Source of the DNA: Dicyema japonicum
Taxonomy: Eukaryota > Animalia > Dicyemida
NCBI GenBank assembly: GCA_011109175.1
Contig: RDEW01000054.1
Span: 185,382-249,381, forward strand
Direction: 5' to 3'
Length of the DNA: 64,000 nt
Part shown: piece after piece, positions 36,290 through 48,130 of the stretch
Layout: each line of letters opens with the position of its first letter
Position numbering within the stretch: the first letter of the stretch is position 1
Position numbers and translations under genes: made by a program
Notes under the pieces: generated by a model
The model's database searches: none
What the model was told of the DNA's origin: nothing
The model's input: only the letters and a program-made list of their open reading frames with translations

Positions 36290-37990
36290 CCTAATGTCCT
36301 GGATGAAGCAATGAACGGGTATCGACTGCTCCTACTGCCGTCAGACTGCTGACATTATGATATGGAATTCGCTATACGCATGGACGCTGCTGTGGTGGCT
36401 TGTAGAGCATGGAGTATCAACGACAGGATTGCCACCCTCCAACCTCGCCTCGGAAAACCGCAATACTACACTGTCGATTATCAATGTATATGCACTGACC
36501 ACAGTGAGGGTATCCGCCAACGCAGAGGAACTTGAAAATTTCTACTCGTCCTTATCATCGGCTTACTCCTCCTGTTCAGTTCTTACATGCTCTTTATAGC
36601 GGAATTCCAAAGTGGGGAAAAAGCAGGACGAATCAAATTGCCTGGGCAGCCACCCTCGAGGAATTAGAAATCTGCCTGGGGAGGCCCTTATACATTTCTT
36701 GAGACATGTTACGACGTGGACAGGGAAGAAAAGAGACTCCTGTGGATATCGGGTCAATATATTTAACCAAATCGACTACATACTATACAGGCAAACACAA
36801 AAGGGGCTACTCACGGACTCATGTACGTACAGTGGCATGATGACCTCGAGTGATCACAGACTACTAGTGGCACGTCTCATTCTAAAGCGACGCTTTAGAA
36901 TCTCTTGAGCACTGGCACCATGTATGCGGTGCTGGACCTTGGCCGTGGAGGCTCTATGTGGTTCCGACAATACCCGTAAAAAGTACGGCGAGAAAATATC
37001 GAAACTGTTGGAAAATGTCGACACGAATGTCACCCGGGCTGCTATGGAAGAATATTTCTATCTGAGTCTGGCAGGCTGCTGGGATGGTATTGGGAAATCG
37101 CCCAAGGAGGTTCAAGGACAAAGAAATAGGAAGTCTAGACAAGAAGAAAATGACTCTCTTAAAAAAACGTCAGACTCAAGAAGGAAAAATGACTCTTAAA
37201 AAAGAACGCAACAGAATCAAATACAAAATGAAGAGAAGAGTGAAGGGAACTAACCCGGCATACATTGGATAACTTGGCAAAAGACGCCAAACGATACAAA
37301 CATGGTGCAAGAATGTTTGCTGCGGTTAAACAATTATCCCGCAATACGAGACCGGAAATAATCGTAGTTTTCGATGATAGAGAAAAGTACAATCAGCGGC
37401 CAGAAATCAGCAAATAAAATTTTCGCTTTTACAAAAAACTACTAAATCTCAATGAACATTTAAAACCGTTCGAAGGAATTCCCAGAGACCTGAACCAAAA
37501 CATCACGCATTACGAAATCATTTCACCCTTGGGTAAGCTCAAGAATGGCAGAACCCCTAGACCCGACAACATGAGTGGAGAATTATTGAAAAACGCGCCA
37601 GACAGGGTGGCTGAGTTAATCTGCACAGTCCGAAACAGGACATTCAAATGTCACAGTCCATTTTATGCGGGAAATGGCACCTTGATCCCAATTCAGAAAT
37701 CTAGAAAGGAAATAGGAAATCTAAACAATCTACGCCGATTACACTAATGAATACGATAAGGAAAATACTGTCCCTTGTTGTGCTGGATCGTATTTCAGGC
37801 CCTGTAAATGACTTCCTGAACTCAAGTCAAAGTGGATTCAGACTTGAAGGTCGACAGCAGACGTTGTATGGAACCATAGACGGCTGTGTGCAATGTGCCA
37901 GAAACACATAGAAGAAATCTCATTCTTTGGAATTGACCTATCCGTTTTTTCGACACCATCAATCGCAAAAAAGCTAATGCTCTTCATTCT
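36290..37990 (+). mobile_element. Decayed RTE-clade LINE
   Basis: IINVYA, NQIDYILYR, SDHRLL, GRTPRPDNMSGELLK and SQSGFR, homologous to 59671-62720. Confidence 0.85.
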
Positions 37991-38713
37991 GCCTGGTTAT
38001 CCTCTAACGAATCAGATAAACTTGGAGTGCAAATTCTGCATGATATGGAGGATTTAGTTATTCTAAATAACTCTTTTCTACATAATCGTTGTGCTTCTAT
38101 ACGTTCAGATCATTTTAATACTTCTCCGGATGTCTCCCTCTGTTTTAAAAATATCGTTCTCGACGTTCAACTAGATGTTCTTAATAATCAACAGACTGAC
38201 TACAATCAAATTGTAATTACCTACAACCATCAATCTACAAAAAGGAGGATCACAAAGACGTATTTAAACTATAAACATGGAAAGTGGATTTTTATATAAA
38301 CGAGACTGAGCTCGTACTCAGCGACTTTTCTTGTACATCTTTTCGCTCTTTTGCTGCCGTTGTCGAGTTCTTCACAGACTAATAGAAGTCCTGACGGTCT
38401 CTCCATACACCATCTAAAAAACTTGGTCCGAGTTGGTTTCATGCCTTAACTAAATTAATCGAATACTCAGTCAATCGCATAGCAGTCCACTGCTTTGGAA
38501 AAAAATCAACTATCATCTCTATTCTGAAGCCTTACCGTGACCTATCCGATCTTTCTTTTCCCACAGAATTTTTTACTGTCTGCTGTTTCGAAGATCAAGG
38601 AACGTTTTTTAACTAAATTTAACCAATCTCAGCACAGATTTCAACTTTTCCATTTCACTACTACACATTTATCTAAACTCACTTAGCTTATTGCAACTGG
38701 AATTAATAATCAG

Positions 38714-40417
38714 TAGGGCAAGTTGTTTCTAGCACTTAAAAAAATTTTTTAGCGCTAAAAAATCATAAAATCTAGCAATTATAATTAAAAAAGTTAGCAC
38801 TTAAAATGATAAAATCTAGCATTTAAAATTGTAAAATCTATAACTTAAAATAATAAAATAAAACATTTAAATTTTATTTATTGTAATATAATAAAAGTTA
38901 ATGCTTGATATTGTCTGGATGAAAGTTCCTATCCTTTTTTAAAAATTTTTTAGCATTTTAATAGCTCTTTCAACAGATGCATAGGATGCCTGACAGCGTG
39001 AAAGAGAAAAATAATCTTGTTGGCTAATTTTTGGTTCAGTCATTTCAATAATAAGTTTAAATCCATTCTCCTTCATTTTTTTATTTATATAATTTTTGAT
39101 ATTTGCCTTGTCATTATCAAAATGTAGTCTTTGTATAATAGTAATCTTCCATGATTTGATTGCAAGGAATCACTTCGTCCATTCTCAGAACATGTCCGAT
39201 AAGTCGCCAGCGTGAGGTAATTACTTCTCTGCTTATCGGTTTGCATTTACATAATTTGTAGAGAGTGTCTTTTTTGATAATCTGTGGCCATTTAATTCCC
39301 GCAATTTTTCTCAATTGATTTCTATGAAATGTGTCTAGTCAGTCACGGTCCGTTTTTGATGTTCTCCATGTTCCCGAGTTGTATAATAGGACTGGTTGTA
39401 TGAACGCGCTATATAAGCGCATCCGAAGATTTAAGGAGATAAATTTTCTGCGAGTCCAAATACTCCACATCTTTTCAGTGCACACGATACCAACATCTTT
39501 CTGCGAGCAATGACCTCAGCATCACCCAAAAACGAGCCGAGCCTTTTAGTAAACTTCCATTTCTCATCGAACCGCTGAATCGAAGTTAACTCCGTTTTTC
39601 TGAATTGATCTTCAAAGACCACCTCTCCAGAACTGTTGTGGCTTTATCTATTACAGTTCTTAGTACCACCACATCCTCAGACACAAAATTGATGTCATCA
39701 GCATACATTAATTCAACAAAATGATTATTTAAGTGACCTAATTCTTTCCTAACGTCCCTCAACGCAGCTTCCAAATAGATTGCAAGGAGAACTGGCGAAA
39801 GCGAGTCCCCTTGCAGAATACCAATGCCGGTCGTGATTTTTTCCGAATAGCCCTTCCCCACTTTCACTATGAGGCTCGTGTCAGCCAGCAAAAAACGCAC
39901 AATATCAAACAGTCCTCATCAATTATGTCCTTGAGAACTTGCAATAGTTTATCTCAGCAGACACAGTCGAATGCTTTTGATTAGCCGACTCCCAGAGTAT
40001 ATATTGTTTTTCTGTACTTCTGACATATTGACGTAAGCTACCGATGACTCCATACTATATCAGCAGTTGATTTTCCTGGTCTGAATCCGCTTTGACTTGG
40101 TGACAAGTATTGGTCAACTGAATTTGATATTCAATTCAATGTTGTAATCGACAATGTTTTTCGCAAAGTGGTCAAAAGCATGATCGGTTTGAAATTTTCG
40201 ATTGGACCTGCAGGTTTCGGAATCCGTAAACACATTATTAACTGCAATTTAAATTAGCATTTAAACAAAAATTAGCATTTAAAATTAAAAATAGCACTTA
40301 TAGCATTTATAATGTATGTTTTTTTAACAAAATTAAAAAATAATTATTCCAAATTCAATTGTATATTTAAAAAAGTATAAAAAATAAAAATAGCATTTTA
40401 GCACTTAAATTGCCCTA
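38714..40417 (-). mobile_element. hAT element with TAGGGCAA termini, 8-bp TSD ATAATCAG and TAGCA(C/T)TTAAA subterminal repeats; contains an RTE insertion
   Basis: TSD at 38706-38713 and 40418-40425; TIR TAGGGCAA/TTGCCCTA; ASVERA..KKDRNF..DN dimerisation-like remnant at ~38900-39000. Confidence 0.9.
39110..40235 (-). mobile_element. RTE-clade LINE RT and 3' fragment nested in the hAT
   Basis: GILQGDSLSPVLL, YADDINF, LGSFLGDAE and RWRLIGHVLRM. Confidence 0.9.
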
Positions 40418-40814
40418 ATAATCAGACAGAAAAACATTGAATTTTGCTGTTCCTGATTTGGGTCATCTTTACGAAAATCAAAAAGTCTGCCTCAGAATAA
40501 TTAACTGTTGCTTAAAAATACTCTAACTTATCACTTCCATTTGGAGTCAAAAATAGTCTCAACGACATAAGACCGGACAAGTAAAGTCGTCATCTAGCTC
40601 TTCATGTTCACTTGTTGAGCACGGAATAGATCACTTTTTGTGTCATGGCCGCTTTCGGTTTCTCCTCCACATGAAAGCAACCTTTTGGATTTCTGAGAAC
40701 GTCTATTTATGGTAGTTATTTATTTACCCCCGGTCCCTTCAAATGAAAGAAACTGATGGCTAACAAAACGTTGCAGCCAAGAGCAGACGCTCCCAGAGAT
40801 CCGGCAGGTATTTT

Positions 40815-41700
40815 TGGTTCTATTTATTTAACACCCAAGACCACAGGTAAAACCAAAACTAACTATCACGTGATCCCGATGCGCTCCGCCAAAATCCTCA
40901 TTCTTTTCCGGTGCTCCTCCCTCGTACCCACACAAGCTCGTACTGGGCGGTTGACTGTATTTGCAGGGTCACCTTCCCGCATGCCGGAGTTTTGTTTAAT
41001 GAGGGCCTCCAGAGAAGTCGATCCGGTTCTGTGTCTCCCACAAGACCACCGCTCCGTCATTCTGAAAGCCTTCTTTTGAATGTCCTCGATTTTATTTTTG
41101 GTTCTGAAGAGGTATTTTTGGTTCTGAAGAGAACTAGTAGGTAACCCGGGACAAGTAAAAAAATGATCCGTCTTCTAATCTTCAAGAAAGCACGATAGCA
41201 ATAGTGAATAGGACGATTGTCCAATCCTGTAAAGATATGAATGTAAATTCAAGTAATGACCACAACGTAGGCGCGCCTAGTGGACGCGAACTTCCCGAGG
41301 AGGAAATCTTCGCTTCCGTCAACAATAGGTGGAATACGCTCCAGAAGCTTGTTTATACCAAGGCTTGAGCTAGATGTCCCAGCGTTTAACATTGTCAAAA
41401 AATTGTAGACTTAGCATCTTGAAATGGTCCCTGATTGTGAGAATTTTTGATTCCCAGTATAGGTGGTCTGTTGGAGTAGTTTTTAGGCATTCAATCGTTA
41501 TTCTTAGAGCAGAATTTTGACTCGTTTATTATTGATAAACAGGGACCCCAGACAGAAACAGCGTAGTTCATCGTTGTTCTAATAAATTGTCTGTAAATAC
41601 TGGTCAAGCTCTCTTTGCTCTGCCAAATGACTTACTCATCACGGCCCGTTTAGTTACGTTCTTGTTAGCCACTGATTACAATCCTCTTCTTCATTTCTTT
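40815..41700 (-). mobile_element. Vingi-like LINE 3' and thumb fragments
   Basis: HRTGSTSLEALIK...EEHRKRMRILAERIGIT* with the 3' stem-loop. Confidence 0.8.
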
Positions 41701-41796
41701 CAGTAATAGCCTACAAATTTCGGGACATTAACAATTACAAAGATTAAATATTTATAGTTACTAAGATTAAAATTTATTTAATGTCAATTTAAAAAA

Positions 41797-41857
41797 TTCT
41801 CACTTTGATGTGAATGATTCTCACATTGATGTGAATAAGTTCTCACTTTGAAGTGAA
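41797..41857. repeat. Three tandem ~21-bp units, each containing TCAC-N6-GTGA
   Basis: TTCTCACTTTGATGTGAA, TTCTCACATTGATGTGAA and TTCTCACTTTGAAGTGAA. Confidence 0.8.
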
Positions 41858-42099
41858 AACCTTGTATATTGCTTCCATTATCAACTTTGATTACGGAATA
41901 GCTGTAGCCTGCCTCCATTTCCAGCTAAGCACTTCGTATCCTTCATAGATTCCAAATTGGTTGCAGATTTTACAATTTTTTTCTTAAGGGTAACTACAAT
42001 TATATATTTGTCAATCTCCTCCATCATTATCAACATCCTATTTTCTTTCTCAGCGAGTATTTTTAGATGATCAATCAAAAAATTAGTGATTTTTTGTAT

Positions 42100-43360
42100 G
42101 TCAAAAGAAATGATTCGTATTGATTAATAAGTAATTTTTAATTTAGGATTCTTGGTAAAAAATCTATAACTAAACGAAGTTTTGGATGGCGAATCTATTG
42201 CTGGCAAATTTTATAATTCCAATCTTCTATTTGTTGAAGTTAAAATCACTCTCCATTTGTTTATTGATATTTATGAATCTTCCAATCCAGGTTGAGACTA
42301 GAACAGCCTAATACATTACTAAGAAAATTATGGTCTACAGAATCAAAAGCTTTATCTACCGTATTCATTGTTTATACATTGGGTTTTCAAGAATTAACAC
42401 ATGTAGTGTCAGTATAGTAATGCATATAATTGGAAGTGAATCATTAGGAGATCTCCAAGCTGTTTTTTGCTATTAATATGTAAGGAAGAGCTTCTCAGTT
42501 GTTATGCGGAGGCTAGGTCCACAGCCGAAATTGATCCAATTTTGGTTTGATCATCTTGATAGTATTGGTGCAAACCAGATCATTCAAATCGTGCTGTTTT
42601 TCTAAGCTTTTTGGGGTACCAAGGTTTAGGCGTGTCCAAAGTTCTAGAAACCATAAACCATAATCATAACAACTGTAAATAGGAGTTAACTAGAAGGTTT
42701 TTATCTCAGTCCTCTCCGTAATGGCCTGGACACTCTGCACGTCCCCCATCTCCTTCATTATTAAACGCCCGTATGTCTAGAACCCATCAAGTCCAAAGCT
42801 AGTTGGTCCTTTTCCAGTTATTCCACAGTAGGTCCCTTCCCCCTATGTTCCTCTCAAGTAGTCCCAATTAGCATGTAGGGTCAAGTGATGTGGGTACTAG
42901 GTCCAGCGTGAAAAATCTCCAGAGAGTTTGCCCCCTTCGCTTTACAATAGGTTTCTTAGTTTGGACACTTTGCAAGTGCCCTATCTTCTTCATTAATGAA
43001 CGCCCGTATGTCCAGAACATAGTAGGTCCAAAGCTAGTAAGTCCTTCACCAGTTAGTTCTCTCCAGTATGTTCTTCCACAGTAGTCCTAATTCGCCTGTT
43101 GGGACCAATGATATGGGTAACAAAATCTTGTAGACCCCAATTCGTATATATGTATCAATTGTTGTGGGTACCAGGTCCTACTTGGAAAATATCGAAAGAT
43201 TTTGACCCTTTGAGTACTACGCCTTTCAATAAATTCATTCGTCTTAAAATGGGTTCCTTTGTCTTGTAAAATATGTTCCTTCGTCTTGAAACTCTGCGAC
43301 TTGAAAAACTGTTCGTTAATTGAAAATTCCACGTAACACCCATGGCGCCACGTAAAATTT
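42100..43360 (-). mobile_element. Decayed integrase remnant with an internal ~130-bp diverged direct duplication (42734-42860 / 42962-43092)
   Basis: HILQDKGTHFKTNEF resembles the SDNG..F motif. The duplication is visible at nucleotide level. Confidence 0.5.
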
Positions 43361-43573
43361 TTATTAGCTCGCTCAAAGTTCTCGAAAAAGACTTTCTAGT
43401 GGTTTGGCTCGCGATCCGTGCGGGTAATGTAGTATATTGCGTGTGAGACAATTCTTCCAAATTTGTAATTGCAATAAATAAATCTTAAATATTTTTTGAT
43501 ATATCTTAATATTTTTTTAAATCTTTTAAAATCAATTTAAACTAATGCTAAATATAGTATCTAAGCATTTTTC

Positions 43574-44771
43574 ATGGATATAGGTTGGAAATATTCTATG
43601 AATTCAAAGATACAGAAAAGATAAATTTAAATTCAAATGAGATAAATCAGCAAAGGGAAAAATTAATAGAAGACCGTAATGTTAATATTAATTATTTTAA
43701 TTTTTTCAGACTTTAAGGAAACATCAAGAAAAGTTGAAAAAGAAAAGTTATGAAATTCAAAGCAAACTGTCTACCTATTTTAAAAAGATCAAACAAAATG
43801 AAAAAATTGAAGAAAATATAACTGACCAAAATAAGAGATATGTTAGGCAAATGAGTTTCAATTAATTTAAATATAAAATTAGTGTTAATTGATGAACTAC
43901 ATAAAAATAATGAAATCGAAACTGTGAAATTTAAAGCAGAAATAGAAGATTTAAATATAGATATGAAACAATTGAACGAACAAGTGACTAAAGAAAATGC
44001 GATATTAATCAAGAAAAGAAAAGAAAAATTTCGAAAGATTTATTATTTTAATACCAACAAAATTATTCCTGAAACAGTTGCTATTAAAATTTTATTAATA
44101 AGTTATTGGATAATTTTTTAAATCAAATAAGCAACTTAGATGAAGAATTGGGTAAGGAAAGACGGGAATATTTTGAAAATGAAAGGCGCCTAAATGAAAC
44201 TGAAAATATGCTTAAATCAAAAGTTGAAATGAGTTAAATGATTTTAGGAAGAATTAATCGAAGGACTAAATATGATAGATTTTGAACAATTAAAAATTGA
44301 AAATCAAACTTATAATGAAAAAATTGAAGAACGAAATGAAGTATAATATCATTAAATATAGATAACACAATAGGAAATATTGAAACTAAAGAAAAAAATA
44401 AAAAATAATATAGAAATTATAACCCACTGTAAAGAAAAGTTTGACTTCTTAAATAGATTAATAAATGAAAGGAATAATGAATTTATTAATGTTATGGCCA
44501 TACTTTCTGATGTAATATTACTTTTTTATTCAAGAAAAGAGAAATTTTATCAAAACTAAAACAAGAAAGAGACAAATTGCGTATAAAAAACCATCAAATA
44601 AAAAGCAGTTATGGATTATTAGAAAATATAAGTCTTATTAAAAATTATGAAAACTGTGACGATCAAGTAAAAATATTAAATAAGCAAATTAATAATTATA
44701 AACTGTCGCAATCAAACGCAACTATGGATATTAAACGAATTTCAACGATGATTAAGAAAATAAAATCTTAA
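43574..44771 (+). CDS. CCDC96: Coiled-coil domain-containing protein 96 (CFAP184), 8 exons
   Basis: IDFEQLKIENQTYNEKIEERNE|EILKLKKKIKNNIEIITHCKEK matches the conserved CCDC96 block. Introns of about 23-33 nt. Confidence 0.85.
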
Positions 44772-44867
44772 CAAATTAAATTCCTAACATAATTTTTAAC
44801 ATTATATTCATTTTGGTAATGTTTAACACGATTATCAGCTACTGGTTTAAATGATAAATGTTTTTGT

Positions 44868-45412
44868 AAGGTGTACCGTCTTCTAGCTGTCTAGATGACA
44901 AAAAAGGCATAATATTGAAGCTGGTCTTTCTGTACTCAAACTACTATTCAATTCATACACTTATAGTTATCCTTGACTTATTCTAAAAACCTCGAACTGA
45001 TTGCCTACGACTAGTATCAAAAATTCTCCATTGTTTAAAATTCCTTGACAAATTTAAAATGATAAACCAGCTGACCCATTGCCTATGGTTTTCTAAAAAT
45101 AAAATGAAATTCATACCTATCCTCGGCGACAAAGTTTGCATTCTTAGAAGTATTCTGGAGTCTGAGCTAACCCAGTCTCGCCCAAAACGATCCACGACTG
45201 TTTTTCTAAAAAAAGCGTTGCTATCAACAAGCTTTTGAGACGTCTGCCGTCAAATATTCGAATGTATAAACGCAAAGCTCATCTACATCGGAAAGTTTGT
45301 GTCCATTTGCGTGCCTACACTGAGGTCACCATACAGGTCACCACAGAATCTGAAGACCAGCTTCAATATTATGCCTTTTTTTGTCATCAGACAGCTAGAA
45401 GACGGTACACCT
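44868..45412. repeat. ~60-bp near-perfect inverted repeat (44868-44928 vs 45353-45412) with a ~420-bp spacer
   Basis: AAGGTGTACCGTCTTCTAGCTGTCT(A)GATGACAAAAAAGGCATAATATTGAAGCTGGTCTT on opposite strands, one indel. Confidence 0.9.
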
Positions 45413-45829
45413 TCACTTGTCCTGGTTCTCCTTCGATTTCTGCGCCTCAGCATGTACATTTCGGATCTTTTGGACCATCCGCTTTTAACAGCTTTTTTCT
45501 TGTTACCCAATGTTTTCCTTTATTTGAAGGAAATGGGAATAAATAATTAATTAATACAGCATTGACACAATATAAGCTCGATATATTCCTATTTGACAAA
45601 AAGTTGATTGAAATTTAAGTAGTTTAAGTTGGATGATTTAAGTCTGTTGAGGCGGAAAAATTCTATAACTGCAGCCTATTGAATCCAAATTATTTTACAA
45701 GGTCAAACTCAAGAATTTGCGGATTTTTTTAACATTGTAACATTTAGCATCGCATTTTTCCAAAGTACTTGAAAATCTAAAAATGTATTACAATATATTA
45801 CCGTATATCCAAGTTACTGCTATTTTTTT

Positions 45830-47852
45830 AATTTATTTAACCCAAGACCACGGTAAAACCAAACTAATTATAACGTGATCCCGATACATTCTAACAGAGA
45901 CCTCATCTTCCTTCGTTTCCGCGCATGAACGTACAGGAAGACTGCCTGAATTTTCAGGGCCACCTTTCTGTGATCTGGAGTCTAGTCTCATAAGGGCCTC
46001 CAGAGGCGTAGGTCCGGTTCGGTGATCTTCACAAATCCAACGCTCCGTTACTCTGTAAGCCCTCTTTTGCATTTCCTCAAGTTTCTTCATATTTGTCCAA
46101 GATATGGACGGTCCCCACGAGACGCATGAATATGAGAAACATGGCTCGATATACTATTTGTACACGTTCATCAAGACTGGGTAAGTACCACTTTTCCAAA
46201 TTCCCGATAAATTTTTCAATACGTTCAGTTTCTTATCGCCGACCTTGTTTAACTTCATGGTGACTGTCTTCCTTCCCAATCTTTTGCCAGAGGTAAATAG
46301 TGACGTAGACGACTTCTCTGCATTCACCACGAGCCGGTTTTCCACTATCCAGGCATTAAGTCTGTTAAGGTTAATTTGTATTCTTTCTGTGGCCTTCTGG
46401 ATGTCCTAATCACGCTAAGCCAACACAATTTCATCTGCATAGGAAAGTAGAACATCATTATCAGATTCAAGAGTCGGGAGATCGGCCAGAAAGAGGTTAA
46501 ACAGAGCAGGGGATAAAGGAAATCCTCGAGGGACTCCGTTGGGGATGAGCCGTAAGATTGATTTCAGACTTCCGAGGCAAATGAAGTTAGTAATCCAAAG
46601 CTTTAGCTTCCCTGGGATCTCCGATTGAAATATTTTTCTTGATAGAATCTTCCTCGAGACTGAGTCAAAAGCTTTATGCATGTCAATCGAGCAGAGCACT
46701 GTTTTAAAGTGTCTCGGCTTGGTTGTGAATCCGACTAGAATGAAGTCGATCAATGTTTGTAAGTATGTAGACGTGGATCTCTCATTTTTGAATCCATGTT
46801 GAAAAGGCCTCTCTGGTAAAAATTCTTTTATTCGTCCGAGCACAAGCCTTTCCAGGATTTTTGACATGGAACATAGTAGTGACACCGGTCTAAAAGACGC
46901 TGGGTCATCTCTCGGTCTTCCTGGTTTCAGTATTGGCCGTATTAGTGCCTGTTTCCATAATAATGGTATCACATTCTGGTTAATCGAATAGTTGAAAACC
47001 GACGTAAGAAAAGCGACTCCCCCGTCTCCAAGATTTTTTAATAAAATAACAGGAATTTTGTCTGGTCCGTGGGAGTATGTCGTTTTTACGGAATGTATTG
47101 TATCCCTCACCTCTCTCTCCGAAAAGAAAAGTGGTTCTGATTGTCTCTTTAGTTTCCTGCGTGATGGTAGTCAATCAGGTTTCATGTGCTCCTTGTGTGA
47201 AATTTTAGTATAGAATTTTATCAAATTGTTCACATCATTTTGAACATAATCTTCCTCTTTTGAAACTTCATCGCCTTTTGCCACATTTCGAATAGCTTTT
47301 TACACCTCTCCCTTAGTGCGATTTCTATTCACCATTGTAAGCACACGATTCCACTTCAATCTCTGGGCCTTGAGCTCTTTGGCCTTTATTTCATTATTCA
47401 ATGTTCTGATCCGGAGTTTCATATCCAAGGTTATCCGGTTAGATTTTTTAAGCTGATTTCTTTCTTTAATCAAGGCCGTCTTCCCTCGACCACTCGACGA
47501 ATTTAAGTAATGTTTGGGTATAGCCCTTGATCTTGCTTCCAAGATTATTTGGATAAAGTAGCTGATGGTATTCTCCAGAGAACTGAAGTTATCCAAGTAA
47601 CAATTCTTCATTTTATCTTCTGAGATTTCACGATACAATTTCCAGTTAGCACATTTGTAATTGTAGCTGCTAGGAATTCTCCTCACGTTGGCCTCTTTTG
47701 ATCATCACCACAATTGGATTATGGTCGCTTCTTGTTTCGTAAAGGAATCTCCCCAGGAGGATGGGGTCTATCGGTCCTTTTTGGTGGGCATTAGGTGCCC
47801 CATGGGCGTTTCCAAATCCTTTTGAATTGGTAGACCACATAACGCCACGCTA
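45830..47852 (-). mobile_element. Vingi-like LINE retaining type II leader, RT and 3' end but deleted for 2A and most of APE
   Basis: The leader at 47772-47852 runs directly into ..SDHNPIV. RT: GPDKIP, FRPVSLLC, FQHGFK, DMHKAFDSV, NGVPRG, YADE. Confidence 0.85.
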
Positions 47853-48130
47853 AAATCAAAAAAAAATCGAGAAGCATGTGCGTTGAGTATAAACATGGGT
47901 CTTATGGATTACTCGAATCACCAGAATTAGTAAACTCTTTATGGAGGGTAGGGGAATAGGAGAATCTGCCCTTATCTTTCACGATAATGAATGGAACCAA
48001 ATTGGGTTAAAACAATTAAAACTCCTAACTAAAATTTTTAAATAATGAAAAAATGAAACAAAAATACAAAATAGTTTTTAATCAAATCCATGAATTTAAC
48101 GATCAAATGTTTTTAAATAAATTATAAATA

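Larger units (their letters stand above)
37990..40700 (+). mobile_element. Decayed Vingi-like APE/linker fragment split by the hAT at 38714-40417
   Basis: HSAWLSSNESDKLG..LVILNN...TSPDVSL...YLNYKHGKW on the left; linker/GPD-like remnant on the right. Confidence 0.65.

Noticed and set aside
41797-41857. Bacterial CRP/FNR-type operator sites
   Set aside because: Eukaryotic TE context; no bacterial genes or other sign of contamination.
42100-43360. Complete LTR retrotransposon
   Set aside because: No paired LTRs, PBS, RT or RNase H detected around either integrase remnant.
43561-43583. X-box at the CCDC96 start
   Set aside because: Too many mismatches in AT-rich DNA to be distinguishable from chance.
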